Assembly (NCBI GenBank): GCA_029210695.1
Contig: JARGFH010000003.1
Location: forward strand, 1-64,000
From: Acidimicrobiia bacterium
Lineage (GTDB): Bacteria; Actinomycetota; Acidimicrobiia; Spongiisociales; JAHEDJ01
Length of the DNA: 64,000 bases
Direction of reading: 5' to 3'
Below are positions 8,956 through 19,433 of the stretch, in pieces. The position numbers and the translations under genes were made by a program. The notes below the pieces were generated by a model. That model had not been told where the DNA came from. It made no database searches and saw nothing but the letters and a program-made list of their open reading frames with translations. Numbering within the stretch: position 1 is the stretch's first letter; each line of letters begins with the position of its first letter.

Positions 8956-9022
8956 CACATCATCGGCGCGATCTAGCCGGACCTTGAGGAGTTTGACCGA
9001 TTTCTCTCTGTAGGCTGCCGGA

Positions 9023-9928
9023 ATGCCCGGGAAATGGACTGCCGCCGTTGTTCTCGCCGCGGTTGCAGCGGCTTGGGGAACGATCCCGCTCATTGTTCGC
9101 ACTGTCGATTTGCCGGCGGAGCAGTTGGTTGCTGCGCGGCTGTGGTTGGGAGCGCTGCCGCTCCTGATCTGGGTAGTTGCCCGGAGACAACATCATCTCC
9201 CGGCTGCCGATAGGGCTCGAGTTCTGACGCTCGGTGTGGTACTCGCCGCTCACTGGGCCGCCTTCTTCTGGTCCCTCAAGACGACCACGGTTGCGATTGC
9301 GCTCGTGCTCGTTTACCTGGCACCTGTTCTGCTGGCCGCCCTGGCTCCCCGGATTCTGGGTGAACATACCGACAAGAGAACCTGGGTCGCCGTAGCAATG
9401 GCGCTGCTGGGCGTCGTGCTCGTTGCCCGACCGGGTGGGGGAGCGACCTTGTCTGGAACGGTGGCCGGGCTGATCGCGGCGGCGACGCTGGCTGCTCTCA
9501 TCCTGATCGGAAAACCGGTCGCGCAGCGACTTGGTGGGCTCCGCTTGGCTGCCTACGAGCACACGGTTGCTGCCCTGGTAATGACCCCGTGGGCCCTGGC
9601 GGCGCTCTTCGAGGTTCCGTGGGAGGCGACCGACAATCCACCGGCTGTGGAAAGCTGGTGGCAACTCCTGGTTCTCGGCATGGTGCTGACGGGTCTTTCC
9701 GGCGTTCTCTACTGGACGTCCGTCTCCCGGCTGCGCGTCACGAGCGTCGGTGTGATCATGTACGTCGAGCCGGCCTCGGCCGTGGTCTGGGCTGCTCTAT
9801 TCCTTGGTGAAACGCCCGGTCTTCCCGCTGCTTTGGGAGTTGTGCTCGTGATCTTGTCCGGGATCGTGGCGGCGGTCGCCGGCGGATATCGGGCGGACCG
9901 GGGCGTCGCAGCTCAAGGTATTCGATGA
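9023..9928 (+). CDS. EamA/DMT family transporter
   Basis: About 10 hydrophobic segments in two repeats; YLAPV and YVEPA motifs. Confidence 0.88.
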   Translation: MPGKWTAAVVLAAVAAAWGTIPLIVRTVDLPAEQLVAARLWLGALPLLIWVVARRQHHLPAADRARVLTLGVVLAAHWAAFFWSLKTTTVAIALVLVYLAPVLLAALAPRILGEHTDKRTWVAVAMALLGVVLVARPGGGATLSGTVAGLIAAATLAALILIGKPVAQRLGGLRLAAYEHTVAALVMTPWALAALFEVPWEATDNPPAVESWWQLLVLGMVLTGLSGVLYWTSVSRLRVTSVGVIMYVEPASAVVWAALFLGETPGLPAALGVVLVILSGIVAAVAGGYRADRGVAAQGIR

Positions 9929-9980
9929 AGTCGCCGATGGAACTTCCAGCGTCGGACAGTCGGGCGAGAAGGGCACGAGG

Positions 9981-10778
9981 ATGTGGCAGGAGATCGCGGA
10001 AGGCGTTTACCGCCGTCGGTATGAGTCGCTCGACCTGAACGTCGGCGTCGTGATCGGCGGAGAGGGCGTCCTCGTCATCGACACGCGTGCCTCTCACCGC
10101 CAGGCTCAACAGCTCCTGGATGAACTGCGGACGTTGACCAGGCTTCCGCCACGCTGGGTACTGAACACCCACTACCACTGGGATCATTGCTGGGGAAACG
10201 CGTTGTTCCCGGCTGCCCAGTTATGGGGCCACGAGCGATGTCGAAGTGCGCTCATGAACGATGGAGAAGCAGCTAGGGCCGGGGTTCTCGAGCGGCTCAC
10301 CGAAGAGCACCGGGCGGACGTCGAAGAGGTGGTCATCACTGCTCCCGATCATACGTTTGGCGTCCGGCATGCCATCGACCTGGGAGGGCGCATCGTTGAA
10401 TTCAAGTATCTGGGGCTCGGGCACACCGACAGTGACGTTGTTGTTCAGGTGGCCGACTCGGGGACGTTGTTTGCCGGCGATCTGATTGAGGAGGGCGCTC
10501 CACCCTCCTTTTCCGACTCGTTTCCGCTGAACTGGCCGGAGACTCTGGATGCTCTGCTGGAGATGACGAGGGGTGTGGTCGTCCCCGGTCACGGAGACAT
10601 CGTCGACAGGGCATTCATCGAAACGCAGAGGGCCGAGATCTCCGCGCTCGCCGGCCTGGCCAGAGCAGCTTATGTTGCCGGCGAACGGGTTGATGAGGTG
10701 GACGTCCACACGAGCCCCTACCCCGAAGAGCCGACCAGGACGGCGATACAGAGGGCCTTTCTCCAACTGGAGGACTAG
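9981..10778 (+). CDS. MBL-fold metallo-hydrolase
   Basis: NTHYHWDH, GHTDSD, FAGDL, VPGHG. Confidence 0.9.
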   Translation: MWQEIAEGVYRRRYESLDLNVGVVIGGEGVLVIDTRASHRQAQQLLDELRTLTRLPPRWVLNTHYHWDHCWGNALFPAAQLWGHERCRSALMNDGEAARAGVLERLTEEHRADVEEVVITAPDHTFGVRHAIDLGGRIVEFKYLGLGHTDSDVVVQVADSGTLFAGDLIEEGAPPSFSDSFPLNWPETLDALLEMTRGVVVPGHGDIVDRAFIETQRAEISALAGLARAAYVAGERVDEVDVHTSPYPEEPTRTAIQRAFLQLED

Positions 10779-10820
10779 CCCCAGAAGCCTCCTTCTGCGA
10801 ATGTGGTGCCTGCGATCCGG

Positions 10821-11387
10821 CTAAGGGTTGAAGTCCTCGTGGACCCGACTGGGCGTCGGGCCGCGCTGACCTTGGTACTTGGACCCGGCCCGGTCGGTCC
10901 CATACGGATGGTCTGCTTCTGTGGATAGCTGATAGAAGCTGATCTGTCCGATCTTCATTCGTGGATAGATGGCGATCGGGAGAGTCGCCACGTTTGATAG
11001 TTCGAGGGTCAGGTATCCGTCGAATCCGGGGTCGACGAATCCCGCCGTCGAATGGATGAGGAGTCCGAGGCGGCCGAGGCTCGACTTGCCTTCGAGGCGG
11101 GCGACAATGTCGTCGCCAAGCCGCACCCGCTCGAGAGTTGAGCCGAGGACGAACTCGCCGGGATGCAACATGAACGCTTCTTCGTCGTCGACCTCAACCA
11201 GTGTGGTCAAGTCGAGTTGAGGAGCCTTTGGATCGATGTGAGGGTATTTGTGGTTCTCAAAGACCCGGAAGAAACGATCGACGCGGAGGTCGATGCTCGA
11301 TGGCTGCACGAAGGAGGGCTCGAACGGGTCGATCTCGATACGACGGCTCTCAATGGCTTCTTTGATGGTCCGGTCCGAAAAGATCAT
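10821..11387 (-). CDS. dcd: dCTP deaminase
   Basis: [37 protein letters not shown]. Confidence 0.95.
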   Translation of the reverse strand: MIFSDRTIKEAIESRRIEIDPFEPSFVQPSSIDLRVDRFFRVFENHKYPHIDPKAPQLDLTTLVEVDDEEAFMLHPGEFVLGSTLERVRLGDDIVARLEGKSSLGRLGLLIHSTAGFVDPGFDGYLTLELSNVATLPIAIYPRMKIGQISFYQLSTEADHPYGTDRAGSKYQGQRGPTPSRVHEDFNP

Positions 11388-11494
11388 GTCGTTCCCCCGA
11401 TGAAGATGATGCACACAAGAGGTATCGGGCACTTGGCAGGTGTGACCGGCGGCTGCCGGAAGCCGACTGCCGTTTGTCCCGTTGCCTGTGGTCG

Positions 11495-11565
11495 AGCGGG
11501 TGAGGGGAATCGAACCCCCGTTCCAAGCTTGGGAAGCTCGTGTTCTACCACTGAACTACACCCGC
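11495..11565 (-). tRNA. tRNA-Gly (CCC), CCA not encoded
   Basis: GCGGGTGTAGTTCAGTGGTAGAACACGAGCTTCCCAAGCTTGGAACGGGGGTTCGATTCCCCTCACCCGCT folds as a cloverleaf. Confidence 0.95.
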
Positions 11566-11646
11566 GGGCACTGGGATTGTACCAATCTGGATCTCTGACG
11601 GCCCGGTCGACCTTCCGCGCGGATGCGGGGGGTTCCGACCCGGCTC

Positions 11647-11862
11647 TCACCCCAAGATGCTCAAGCCTCCCCAGACCCCCATCACGACCCCGACTGCCAT
11701 CAGGAACCACGCACGTCCGGGCCGGAACTCGCCTTCAACGCCGACGGGCTGTTCACCCCGGCGGTGTTTCCACATCGCAAGGCCGTTCCCTACCAGTAAG
11801 GCGAGGCCGACCCCGAATATCAGTTCGGGGAAGATCTGATCGATTCCTATGACGTCACCCAT
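11647..11862 (-). CDS. Small two-TM membrane protein
   Basis: Two hydrophobic helices separated by a charged loop. Confidence 0.65.
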   Translation of the reverse strand: MGDVIGIDQIFPELIFGVGLALLVGNGLAMWKHRRGEQPVGVEGEFRPGRAWFLMAVGVVMGVWGGLSILG

Positions 11863-11919
11863 GAGGAGCGCCACCGTAGCCCGGTATCGTTGAGGCGAGG
11901 AAATCAGCGAGGAGCCACC

Positions 11920-12750
11920 ATGTCACGAACATGCCATGTCGTTCGTGTATTCACGCGCGGAGCGACAGGAGGCAACCACCTCGGAGTGGTGATCAGGTCT
12001 GAAGGACTTGGGACTCTCGACATGCAGGCGATCGCCACAGAACTGGGTTTCTCCGAGACCATCTTCCTCATACCCGGTGATCCGCCGGCGGTACGGATCT
12101 TCACGCCGGGTCGAGAGATGCCGTTTGCAGGCCATCCTCTGGTCGGAATGACCTGGATCCTCAGGGAACTCGATGTGCAACAGACGGATCGGCTCCTCTG
12201 CGGGATCGGCCTCGTTCGGGTCGGCTTCGACGGTCCGGATGCCTGGATCGAGGCACCGCCGGACCGACCGGTCCGTGCGGCCCCCGGCGCCGATCAGGTG
12301 GCGGCGACGCTCGGGCTTGTGGCACCAATCAGCGCGGCTTGGGTCGACATGCCTATTTCGTACCTCGTGCTCGAACTCGAATCACCAGAGGCTGTGGCGG
12401 ATGTGAGCTTCACCGAGGACGCCATGGCGGCGACGGGAGTTGGCGAGCTGTACCTGTATGCATGGGCGAATGGAGATCGAGCCAAGTCGAGGTTCTTCGC
12501 GCCTGAGGCGGGGGTATTCGAGGATCCGGCTACCGGGAGCGCGGCAGTTGCGCTCGCCTCGAAGTTGGCGAACGAAGGACGTTCGAGCGGAACCATCCTC
12601 ATCGATCAAGGTGACGAGATCGGACACCCTTCGACAATCGGACTGAACTGGAGTCCGGACCGGGTACGCATCGGGGGAGGGGTGTCTATGGAGGAGGTCC
12701 GGCTGTTGGACGAGTTGGACCGGCAGCCTCACCGGCCGCACACTGATTAG
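11920..12750 (+). CDS. PhzF family epimerase/isomerase
   Basis: VFT..GGN, GFSETIF, RIFTP, PFAGHP, EDPATGSA. Confidence 0.9.
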   Translation: MSRTCHVVRVFTRGATGGNHLGVVIRSEGLGTLDMQAIATELGFSETIFLIPGDPPAVRIFTPGREMPFAGHPLVGMTWILRELDVQQTDRLLCGIGLVRVGFDGPDAWIEAPPDRPVRAAPGADQVAATLGLVAPISAAWVDMPISYLVLELESPEAVADVSFTEDAMAATGVGELYLYAWANGDRAKSRFFAPEAGVFEDPATGSAAVALASKLANEGRSSGTILIDQGDEIGHPSTIGLNWSPDRVRIGGGVSMEEVRLLDELDRQPHRPHTD

Positions 12751-12922
12751 ATCCGGGCGTCCCGAGGCTCCGAGCCAGGTTTCCTCTGCCTGCCCACCGC
12801 CGCACCGATCCCTCCCATGCCCGCTTCCGGGAGACGGCTCGGTTGGGCCCGGTTTCAGCCGGCTCAGGCGAAGCCCGTCCAGCGCCCACCGAACCCGGCG
12901 CACGAGGTCTTAGAATCCCCTC

Positions 12923-13837
12923 ATGGCAACTGAAGGTTCACGAAAGGCGGTCTTTGCCGCCCTCACCGGGAACGCACTCATTGCAGTTGCCAAATTCATT
13001 GCTGCGGCCCTCACCGGCTCGGCCGCCATGCTCTCCGAGGCTTGGCACTCGGTGGCCGACACGGGCAACCAGACCCTGTTGTTGCGCGGCCTCGCTCAAT
13101 CGCGGCGGGCTCCCGACGCCCAGTACCCCTTTGGACGCGGCAAGGAGACGTACTTCTGGAGCTTCATGGTTGCGGTCATGCTCTTCGTCGGTGGCGCCGT
13201 GCTCTCCATACAGCACGGGATCGACGCGCTCCAACATCCCCACGAACTCGAATCCATCTCCGTCAATGTTCTAGTCCTGGGCTTGGCGTTCGTGATTGAG
13301 GGCTCCGTATTCCTCTTTGCCTACCGGGAGTTCAAACGCGAACGAGGCAGCCGCTCGAACTGGCGGACCTTCCGTGGCACCAAGAACGCTTCCATCCTCG
13401 TTGTGCTCCTCGAAGACAGCGCAGCCATCCTCGGTCTCGTCATTGCCCTCGCCGGCATGTTTCTTTCCGCGGCAACCGGGGACGCTGTGTGGGACGCGAT
13501 CGCCTCACTGATGATCGGTGCCCTTCTCGCCACCGTTGCCGTTCTCCTGGCGACGGAAACGAAGGCACTGCTGATCGGCGAGGCGGCGAGTCGGTCCGAC
13601 CGATCGGGTGTGATGGCGGCGGTGCTGTCACTCCCGCAGGTGAGTGGCGTCGGCCGACTGCTCACCATGCACATGGGCCCCGAGCAGGTGTTGGTCAACA
13701 TCGAGGTCGACTTCGTGGATGGTCTCGACTCTGCGGGTGTCGAGGCGGCGATCGACACCGTCGAAGCAGCCATCCGGTCGTCGCTGCCGCACGCCGGCAA
13801 CATCTTCGTCGAGTTGGAGACCGCCCACCGTGGCTGA
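12923..13837 (+). CDS. Cation diffusion facilitator transporter
   Basis: SAAMLSEAWHSVADT, YPFG, LEDSA, HMGP. Confidence 0.9.
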   Translation: MATEGSRKAVFAALTGNALIAVAKFIAAALTGSAAMLSEAWHSVADTGNQTLLLRGLAQSRRAPDAQYPFGRGKETYFWSFMVAVMLFVGGAVLSIQHGIDALQHPHELESISVNVLVLGLAFVIEGSVFLFAYREFKRERGSRSNWRTFRGTKNASILVVLLEDSAAILGLVIALAGMFLSAATGDAVWDAIASLMIGALLATVAVLLATETKALLIGEAASRSDRSGVMAAVLSLPQVSGVGRLLTMHMGPEQVLVNIEVDFVDGLDSAGVEAAIDTVEAAIRSSLPHAGNIFVELETAHRG

Positions 13838-14678
13838 GGCTACGGCACCAGGATCATCTGCCAACCTCGGACCGGGATTCGATACCCTGGCACTCGCCCT
13901 GGAAATCACCTGCCGGGTGGTGGCCGTACGTGCCCCTGAATGGATGGTGTCCCATCACGGGCCGCATGCTCCTGCGCCGGGGGACGATGATGCTGTGTTG
14001 CTGGCCGCCCGCACCGCCGTCGGCGCAGAGAACCCCCTGAAGCTCGAGGTGTACAACGAGATACCGCTCGGCCGGGGACTCGGCTCATCGGCTGCCGCAT
14101 TTGTCGCAGGCGCGGCCGCTGGTTTGCGGGCAGTTGATCAGCAGGCGGATACGGCCGTTGTGTTGCGGCTGGCTTCCGATCTGGAAGGACACGCCGACAA
14201 TGTGGCCGCCTCGGTATTCGGTGGATTGGTGGCTGCGGTGGGTTCGCTGGCCCAGCCACTCGTGCTGCATCCATCGCTGCGCCTAGTCATTGCCGTTCCG
14301 TCGCGACGTCTCCCGACCAAGTGGGCGCGTCAAGCACTTCCGGAGATCGTTGAACACGACGTGGCGGCCCGATCGGTCGCCAGGGTCGTGGCACTGGTCG
14401 AAGCCTTCCGTACCGCGGATCCAAGGCTTTTCGCGGCGGCGGCCGGTGATGAGCTTCACGAAGCGCCGCGCGGCCCGCTGTTTCCCGAGGCCGAAGATCT
14501 GATGTTCACCGCGCGATCGGCGGGCGCCGTCCATACATGTTGGAGCGGAGCCGGACCGTCGATCCTGGCGGTCGTCGATGGGGATGGGGTAGAGGCGGTG
14601 GCTACGGCTCTTCGAGAGGCACTCGGTAGTGAGGGCACAGTTCTCCTTCCCGCCATCGCCTTTCAGGGGCTCCGTTGA
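13830..14678 (+). CDS. thrB: Homoserine kinase
   Basis: PGSSANLGPGFD, IPLGRGLGSSAA, EGHADN, SGAGPS. Confidence 0.92.
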   Translation: MAEATAPGSSANLGPGFDTLALALEITCRVVAVRAPEWMVSHHGPHAPAPGDDDAVLLAARTAVGAENPLKLEVYNEIPLGRGLGSSAAAFVAGAAAGLRAVDQQADTAVVLRLASDLEGHADNVAASVFGGLVAAVGSLAQPLVLHPSLRLVIAVPSRRLPTKWARQALPEIVEHDVAARSVARVVALVEAFRTADPRLFAAAAGDELHEAPRGPLFPEAEDLMFTARSAGAVHTCWSGAGPSILAVVDGDGVEAVATALREALGSEGTVLLPAIAFQGLR

Positions 14679-14756
14679 TCAATATCTGGTTTGCGAAATC
14701 GGCTTGAAACAGTCATCCTGTAGCTCCATCCACTGATTTCTGGAGAGGATTACTGC

Positions 14757-14849
14757 ATGGGTTCGCTGGTCAAGAAGCGGCGCAAGAAGATGTCGAAGCA
14801 CAAGTATCGCAAGCGCCTCAAGGCAAACCGCCACAAGCGCAAGAGGTAG
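14757..14849 (+). CDS. Small ribosomal protein bS22 (AURKAIP1/COX24 domain), 30 aa; not in ORF track
   Basis: MGSLVKKRRKKMSKHKYRKRLKANRHKRKR with GGAGAGG RBS. Confidence 0.9.
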   Translation: MGSLVKKRRKKMSKHKYRKRLKANRHKRKR

Positions 14850-14896
14850 CCGCACTGCACCGCAATCATGCGGTTCTGAAAGGACCCACCTACTCC

Positions 14897-14924
14897 CGAC
14901 AACGCGCCCGCCGGCGCGTTGTCG
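14897..14924. terminator. Hairpin between convergent genes
   Basis: CGACAACGCGCC-CGCC-GGCGCGTTGTCG. Confidence 0.65.
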
Positions 14925-14944
14925 CTCGTGGGTAGCGCGTCCCC

Positions 14945-15616
14945 TCAGAGGCCCGGCGAAACGAGGCGGCGTGCGAGCAACCCGGCGCCGGCTGCGGCCG
15001 CAATGAGGAACCCAACGACCATAAGCGTGCGCCGTCCGCTCGTGGCAGGCGTCGGGCCGCGATTGCAGACACTTCCGGCCGCGATGACGTCATCGATCGT
15101 ATCATCCGGGTAGTAGGTCCCTCCGTAATCCCACAGGCCTGGGAGGAGATCCCCGAAAAGGAACTGCACGTTGTGTGGTTCGTCGGTCACGATCGTCGCC
15201 TCGAGCAGCGCGCCGCGCGGCAGTTCTTCGAGCATCGTTACCGTTTCCACGAAGGTCGTGGGCGCCTGACCGACTACAAAGACATACCGTTCTTGTGGAT
15301 TGATCGCTATTGCTTCCCAAAGGGTGAGCTCCGGCTCGACCGTCTTGAGCGAGACCGTCTCGACCTTTTCTGCGCCGCAAGGGCGGATCCGAAGGCTGAT
15401 GGCCCCGTCGGTTGGCGTCATTCCGACAGCCACCCGCGGCCCACCCGCTGGGTCGCCGCCGGCGGCCGGAGTCAGACCGATCGCCACCAGCATCACGGTC
15501 AGTCCGAGGATCAGAATGATGGCGAAAATCCAGTCCGGTGAGATATCCCACGCCGGGCGGCGATCCGGGATCAGATCCTGGCCGGAGCGATGGGACGAAG
15601 TGCCTACCGGTGTCAT
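14945..15616 (-). CDS. Hypothetical membrane-anchored protein
   Basis: N- and C-terminal TM segments; ATGA-coupled to the PAC2 gene. Confidence 0.65.
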   Translation of the reverse strand: MTPVGTSSHRSGQDLIPDRRPAWDISPDWIFAIILILGLTVMLVAIGLTPAAGGDPAGGPRVAVGMTPTDGAISLRIRPCGAEKVETVSLKTVEPELTLWEAIAINPQERYVFVVGQAPTTFVETVTMLEELPRGALLEATIVTDEPHNVQFLFGDLLPGLWDYGGTYYPDDTIDDVIAAGSVCNRGPTPATSGRRTLMVVGFLIAAAAGAGLLARRLVSPGL

Positions 15617-16461
15617 TCCGGCTCGCGAAGGAAGCGTTCGATCTCGTTGACGAGACGCTCACCGGCTTCCGGCTCCATTATCAGGTCATCTGCGTCATCC
15701 TCCAGCCCTCCGACGTACTCCTGGAGCTCCGTCGACGCCGCCACCGCTGCTTCAATGTGACGGTGGAAAGCAATCGCTTCGATTTCGATTGCCTCCAGGT
15801 TGATCGCGATCCCGGTGATTTCAGAGGCCTTTTCGAGGAGGGCCATCATTGCCCTGGGATTGGGGTTGCCTGCCAGGTAGTGCGGAATGGCTGCCCAGAG
15901 TCCCACCGTCGAGAATCCCGCACTGCTGCAAGCCGCATTGAGCGCGCCGACGAGGCCCGTCGGCCCCTGATAGTCGGTAGCTAGGAGTTGGTTGTCCTTG
16001 AGAAGGGTCTCATCGCTGGCAACCGCCATGATGGGAACCGGCAACGTGTGTGCGACCCTGCCGATAAACGCACCAAAGAGGACGACGGCAGAGGCCTCCA
16101 TCTCGTGGAAGGCGTCGACGAGGTGATCGGTGAGGGTCGGCCACCGAAACTCTGGTTCGGGGCCTTCAACCACGACCAGATCGTGGTCCGCCCCCGGCAA
16201 GCGAGCACGCGACAGCCGGATGGCCGGCCACTCAATCCCCTGGGTAATCCCGTCGGTGATGTGAATCTCGGGCCTTGTCTGGCTGAAGTCGAAGAACTCC
16301 TCAGCACCGATGGAGGCGAGTAGTTCGACGTCCGTTGCCTGCTCGAGCAGGTAGGCGACGGCTCCACTGGCTGCGTCGGCCGCGTCGCTCCATCCGGAAA
16401 ACCCGACGAACACCGTCGGATCGCGCAACTCCGGTTGGCTGTGCCAGGTGAACGCCTTCAT
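15613..16461 (-). CDS. PAC2 family (proteasome assembly chaperone-like) protein
   Basis: FSGWSDAADAAS, EEFFDF..RP, GPEP..RW, YQGPTG, WAAIPHY. Confidence 0.88.
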   Translation of the reverse strand: MKAFTWHSQPELRDPTVFVGFSGWSDAADAASGAVAYLLEQATDVELLASIGAEEFFDFSQTRPEIHITDGITQGIEWPAIRLSRARLPGADHDLVVVEGPEPEFRWPTLTDHLVDAFHEMEASAVVLFGAFIGRVAHTLPVPIMAVASDETLLKDNQLLATDYQGPTGLVGALNAACSSAGFSTVGLWAAIPHYLAGNPNPRAMMALLEKASEITGIAINLEAIEIEAIAFHRHIEAAVAASTELQEYVGGLEDDADDLIMEPEAGERLVNEIERFLREPE

Positions 16462-16506
16462 TGTGGATCAGGCTAGTTGGCGTTGGGTGCCCGGGCAGGT
16501 GACCGG

Positions 16507-18672
16507 TCACCGACCAAAACGGCGCAGGCGAAGGCTGTTTGAAACCACCGACACGCTGGATGACGCCATGGCAGCCGCCGCGAACATCGGGTTGAGGAAC
16601 CCCAGTGCGGCGAGCGGGATCATGGCGGTGTTATAGAAGAAAGCCCAGAAGAGGTTCTGCTTGATGGTTCGGAACGTCGCCCTGGCCAGCCCCATTGCGG
16701 TGTTGGCCAGCGTCGGATCCCCGGACATCAGTATGACGTCGCCTGCTTCGATGGCTATGTCGGTCCCCGTTCCCACCGCCATGCCCAGGTCGGCTCTGAT
16801 GAGGGCAGGTGCATCATTGATTCCATCACCCACGAAAGCAACCCGCCGACCGTCGGCCTGCAGTCTGGCGACTTCAGCCGCCTTGTCACCCGGAAGAACC
16901 TCAGCGAGTACCCGATCGATTCCTACCGAGCGGGCAATCGAGTCCGCCGTTCTCTGGTTGTCGCCGGTGAGCATGGCTACTTCAACGTGCATCTCTCGAA
17001 GGTGTTGTACGGCGGGGGCCGCAGTCGGACGAAGGACGTCCGCAACGGCCAGGGCACCCCTTGCCTCGCCGTCCCATCCTGCCAGGAACGACGTGTGCCC
17101 CTCGTCCGCCGACTGCTCGAGGGAGTTGGTGTAACGCTGGGGGAGTTGGTGGCCCTGGTCGGCCAGGAACTTGGCCGTACCGACCGTCACGCGGATTCCG
17201 TCTACGGTTCCAACCACGCCGCCCCCCGGGAAGTTCTCGAAGTCGGAAACCGTTCCGAGTTCGATGTCTCGTTCCTCGGCGCCGAGCGCGACGGCTCTAG
17301 CGATGGGGTGCTCCGAAGCTCCCTCGACCGAACCGGCCAGATAGAGGAACCGGTTGGTGTCCTCGTCGGTGACGACTTTGGCGAGGCTCATGAGCCCGCG
17401 GGTGAGGGTTCCGGTCTTGTCGAACACCACGGTGTCTATCGACCTGGCTCGTTCAAAGATCTCCGCCCCCTTGAACACGACGCCGAGTTCGGCACCGCGC
17501 CCGCTGCCGACCATGATCGCGGTCGGTGTGGCGAGTCCCAGAGCACACGGGCAGGCGATTATCAACACCGCCACCGCCGCCCGAACCGCCGGCGAGATCT
17601 CTCCGCCGATTCCCATCCACAACGCCAAGGTTGCCACGGCGATGAGGATGACAACGGGGACGAACACCCCGGATACCCGGTCGGCGAGCTGTTGGATGGG
17701 CGCTTTCGATGCCTGTGCATCGGCGACGAGCTTGACGATCTGCTGCAGGGCTGTCTCCTGCCCCACCCTGGTGGCGCGTGCGGTGATACGGCCCTGCTGG
17801 TTGAGTGTTGCACCGAAGACTTCGTCGCCAATCGTCTTGTCGATCGGCATCGACTCGCCGGTGAGCATGCTCTCGTCGAGCGAAGATGCTCCTTCGGTGA
17901 TCTCGCCGTCCGTCGGGATCTTTTCCCCCGGCTTGATCACCATCAGATCGCCTGCCTGGACCTCTTCGATAGGCACCATGACCTCGACGCCGTCCCGAAG
18001 CAAACGGGCTTCTTTTGCCCCCAACTCGAGGAGCTTGGTAACGGCGGCTGAAGCCCTTCCTTTGGCCCGGGCCTCGAAGTACCGACCGAGGAGAATGAAG
18101 GTGATGATGGCGCCGGCCGTCTCGAAAAAGATCGCCTCGCCCGCGAAGATCGCCCAGATCGAGAAGAAGTAGGCAGAGAGGGTCCCGATCGAAACCAGTG
18201 TGTCCATGCTGGCTCCGAATGAGCGGAGCTGCTTCCCGGCGACTTTGTGGAACTGCCAGCCGAACACGAACTCCACCGGGGTCACTAGCGCCCATTGGAG
18301 CAGGTGGCTCCAGCGTTCGTCGGGGCCGAACATGCCAAGGACCAGGACGGGGACTGTGAAAAGGGCGGCAAGCAGGAAGTTGCGCCACTGGAAGCGCTCC
18401 TCTTCCGAGTACCGTTCAACCTGAGTGATCCGCTCATCATCTTCGTTGACGAGATTGATCTTGTAGCCGATCTTGGAAACCGCGGCCCGCAACGCCTCGA
18501 TATCGACGGCTTCGGCGATGTCGACCCTGGCTTCACCGCCTGCGTAGTTGACCACCGCCTCTACGCCTTCCTGGCGATTGAGCACGCGTTCAACACGCAC
18601 CGCGCACGATGCGCACGTCATTCCCTCAACGTCGAACGTCAGGGTGTCGGTAGCGGTTGGGGGTTTTGACAT
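16507..18672 (-). CDS. copA: Copper-translocating P1B-type ATPase
   Basis: GMTCASC HMA domain, TGES, CPC, DKTGT, HP, GDGIND, YN. Confidence 0.95.
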   Translation of the reverse strand: MSKPPTATDTLTFDVEGMTCASCAVRVERVLNRQEGVEAVVNYAGGEARVDIAEAVDIEALRAAVSKIGYKINLVNEDDERITQVERYSEEERFQWRNFLLAALFTVPVLVLGMFGPDERWSHLLQWALVTPVEFVFGWQFHKVAGKQLRSFGASMDTLVSIGTLSAYFFSIWAIFAGEAIFFETAGAIITFILLGRYFEARAKGRASAAVTKLLELGAKEARLLRDGVEVMVPIEEVQAGDLMVIKPGEKIPTDGEITEGASSLDESMLTGESMPIDKTIGDEVFGATLNQQGRITARATRVGQETALQQIVKLVADAQASKAPIQQLADRVSGVFVPVVILIAVATLALWMGIGGEISPAVRAAVAVLIIACPCALGLATPTAIMVGSGRGAELGVVFKGAEIFERARSIDTVVFDKTGTLTRGLMSLAKVVTDEDTNRFLYLAGSVEGASEHPIARAVALGAEERDIELGTVSDFENFPGGGVVGTVDGIRVTVGTAKFLADQGHQLPQRYTNSLEQSADEGHTSFLAGWDGEARGALAVADVLRPTAAPAVQHLREMHVEVAMLTGDNQRTADSIARSVGIDRVLAEVLPGDKAAEVARLQADGRRVAFVGDGINDAPALIRADLGMAVGTGTDIAIEAGDVILMSGDPTLANTAMGLARATFRTIKQNLFWAFFYNTAMIPLAALGFLNPMFAAAAMASSSVSVVSNSLRLRRFGR

Positions 18673-18716
18673 AGTGGGCAACCTTCGGATAGGCGGGCGC
18701 CGCCGACGTTCACGCC

Positions 18717-18926
18717 CTAGCGGGTGACTTCGTAGCCCTGACCCTCGATGGCGCCGATGATGGCGTCGAGTTCCAGCGCTGTGTCATCCCAGGTGACGTC
18801 GACGGTTCGGGGCTCGATGTGAACCTCAGCAACCGTTACACCGGCAAGGTCATTGAGGGCGCCCTCTATGGACATCTTGCAATGGCCGCAAGAAATGTCG
18901 GGAACGGAAAGGGTTTGAGTGGTCAT
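18717..18926 (-). CDS. copZ: Copper chaperone
   Basis: ISCGHC HMA domain, 69 aa. Confidence 0.92.
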   Translation of the reverse strand: MTTQTLSVPDISCGHCKMSIEGALNDLAGVTVAEVHIEPRTVDVTWDDTALELDAIIGAIEGQGYEVTR

Positions 18927-19222
18927 AGTGCCTCCAGGTTGGGAGCGGGTCCGGTAACGGCCGCGGTGTACTTCATGACTTCCATCAGCTCGTCGACGAC
19001 TTCCAGCGTTCTCCCCTCATCAACCGCGTGAGCGACGCACGTCTCCAGATGGTTCTGGAGAAGAATCCGGTTGACCTTCTCGAGCGAACCCTGGAGGGCA
19101 GATACCTGCTTCATTATCTCGGGGCAGTACCGATCGTCGTCCACCATGCCGATCACGCCATCGAGGTGACCCCGTACGGTCTTGAGCCGATTGAGGGCGG
19201 CCTTCTTGTGGACTTCTTGCAT
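18923..19222 (-). CDS. csoR: Copper-sensing repressor, CsoR family
   Basis: RLKTVRGH, YC...Q, HLETC (C-H-C fingerprint). Confidence 0.92.
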   Translation of the reverse strand: MQEVHKKAALNRLKTVRGHLDGVIGMVDDDRYCPEIMKQVSALQGSLEKVNRILLQNHLETCVAHAVDEGRTLEVVDELMEVMKYTAAVTGPAPNLEAL

Positions 19223-19228
19223 GACCGC

Positions 19229-19256
19229 ACTATAGCACCCCACCTGGGGTGGGGTA
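19229..19256 (-). promoter_or_regulatory. CsoR operator and -10 box of a leaderless promoter
   Basis: ACCCCACC-TGG-GGTGGGGT G/C-tract palindrome next to TATAGT, which lies 6 nt before ATG. Confidence 0.8.
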
Positions 19257-19282
19257 AGACCCCGTCGGGTTTGGTGAGGAAT

Positions 19283-19366
19283 GGGCCAAGGCCCCGGGGA
19301 GGGTGGGTATCCGGGGCCTCGGCGAGATGGCGCCTGCGGAAGTGGGGAGTGCCGAGGGCGCCAAGC
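19283..19366 (-). ncRNA. 6C-like RNA (two hairpins with C-rich loops)
   Basis: GGCGCC..CGG-CACTCCCCACTT-CCG..GGCGCC and GCCGAGGCCCCGG-ATACCCACCCTCC-CCGGGGCCTTGGC. Confidence 0.55.
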
Positions 19367-19433
19367 TTTGTTATCTGTGCAATCGCAGGATGAGGTCGGA
19401 ACAAGTGATTCCGAAACGACGTCCTGTTCGCTG

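Noticed and set aside
8803..9102. 99-aa minus-strand ORF after dnaB
   Set aside because: Overlaps the EamA start and terminator hairpins and lacks protein-like features; a non-coding explanation fits better
11495..11565. tRNA as integration site of an island
   Set aside because: No integrase, no duplicated tRNA 3' end, and the flanks are housekeeping genes
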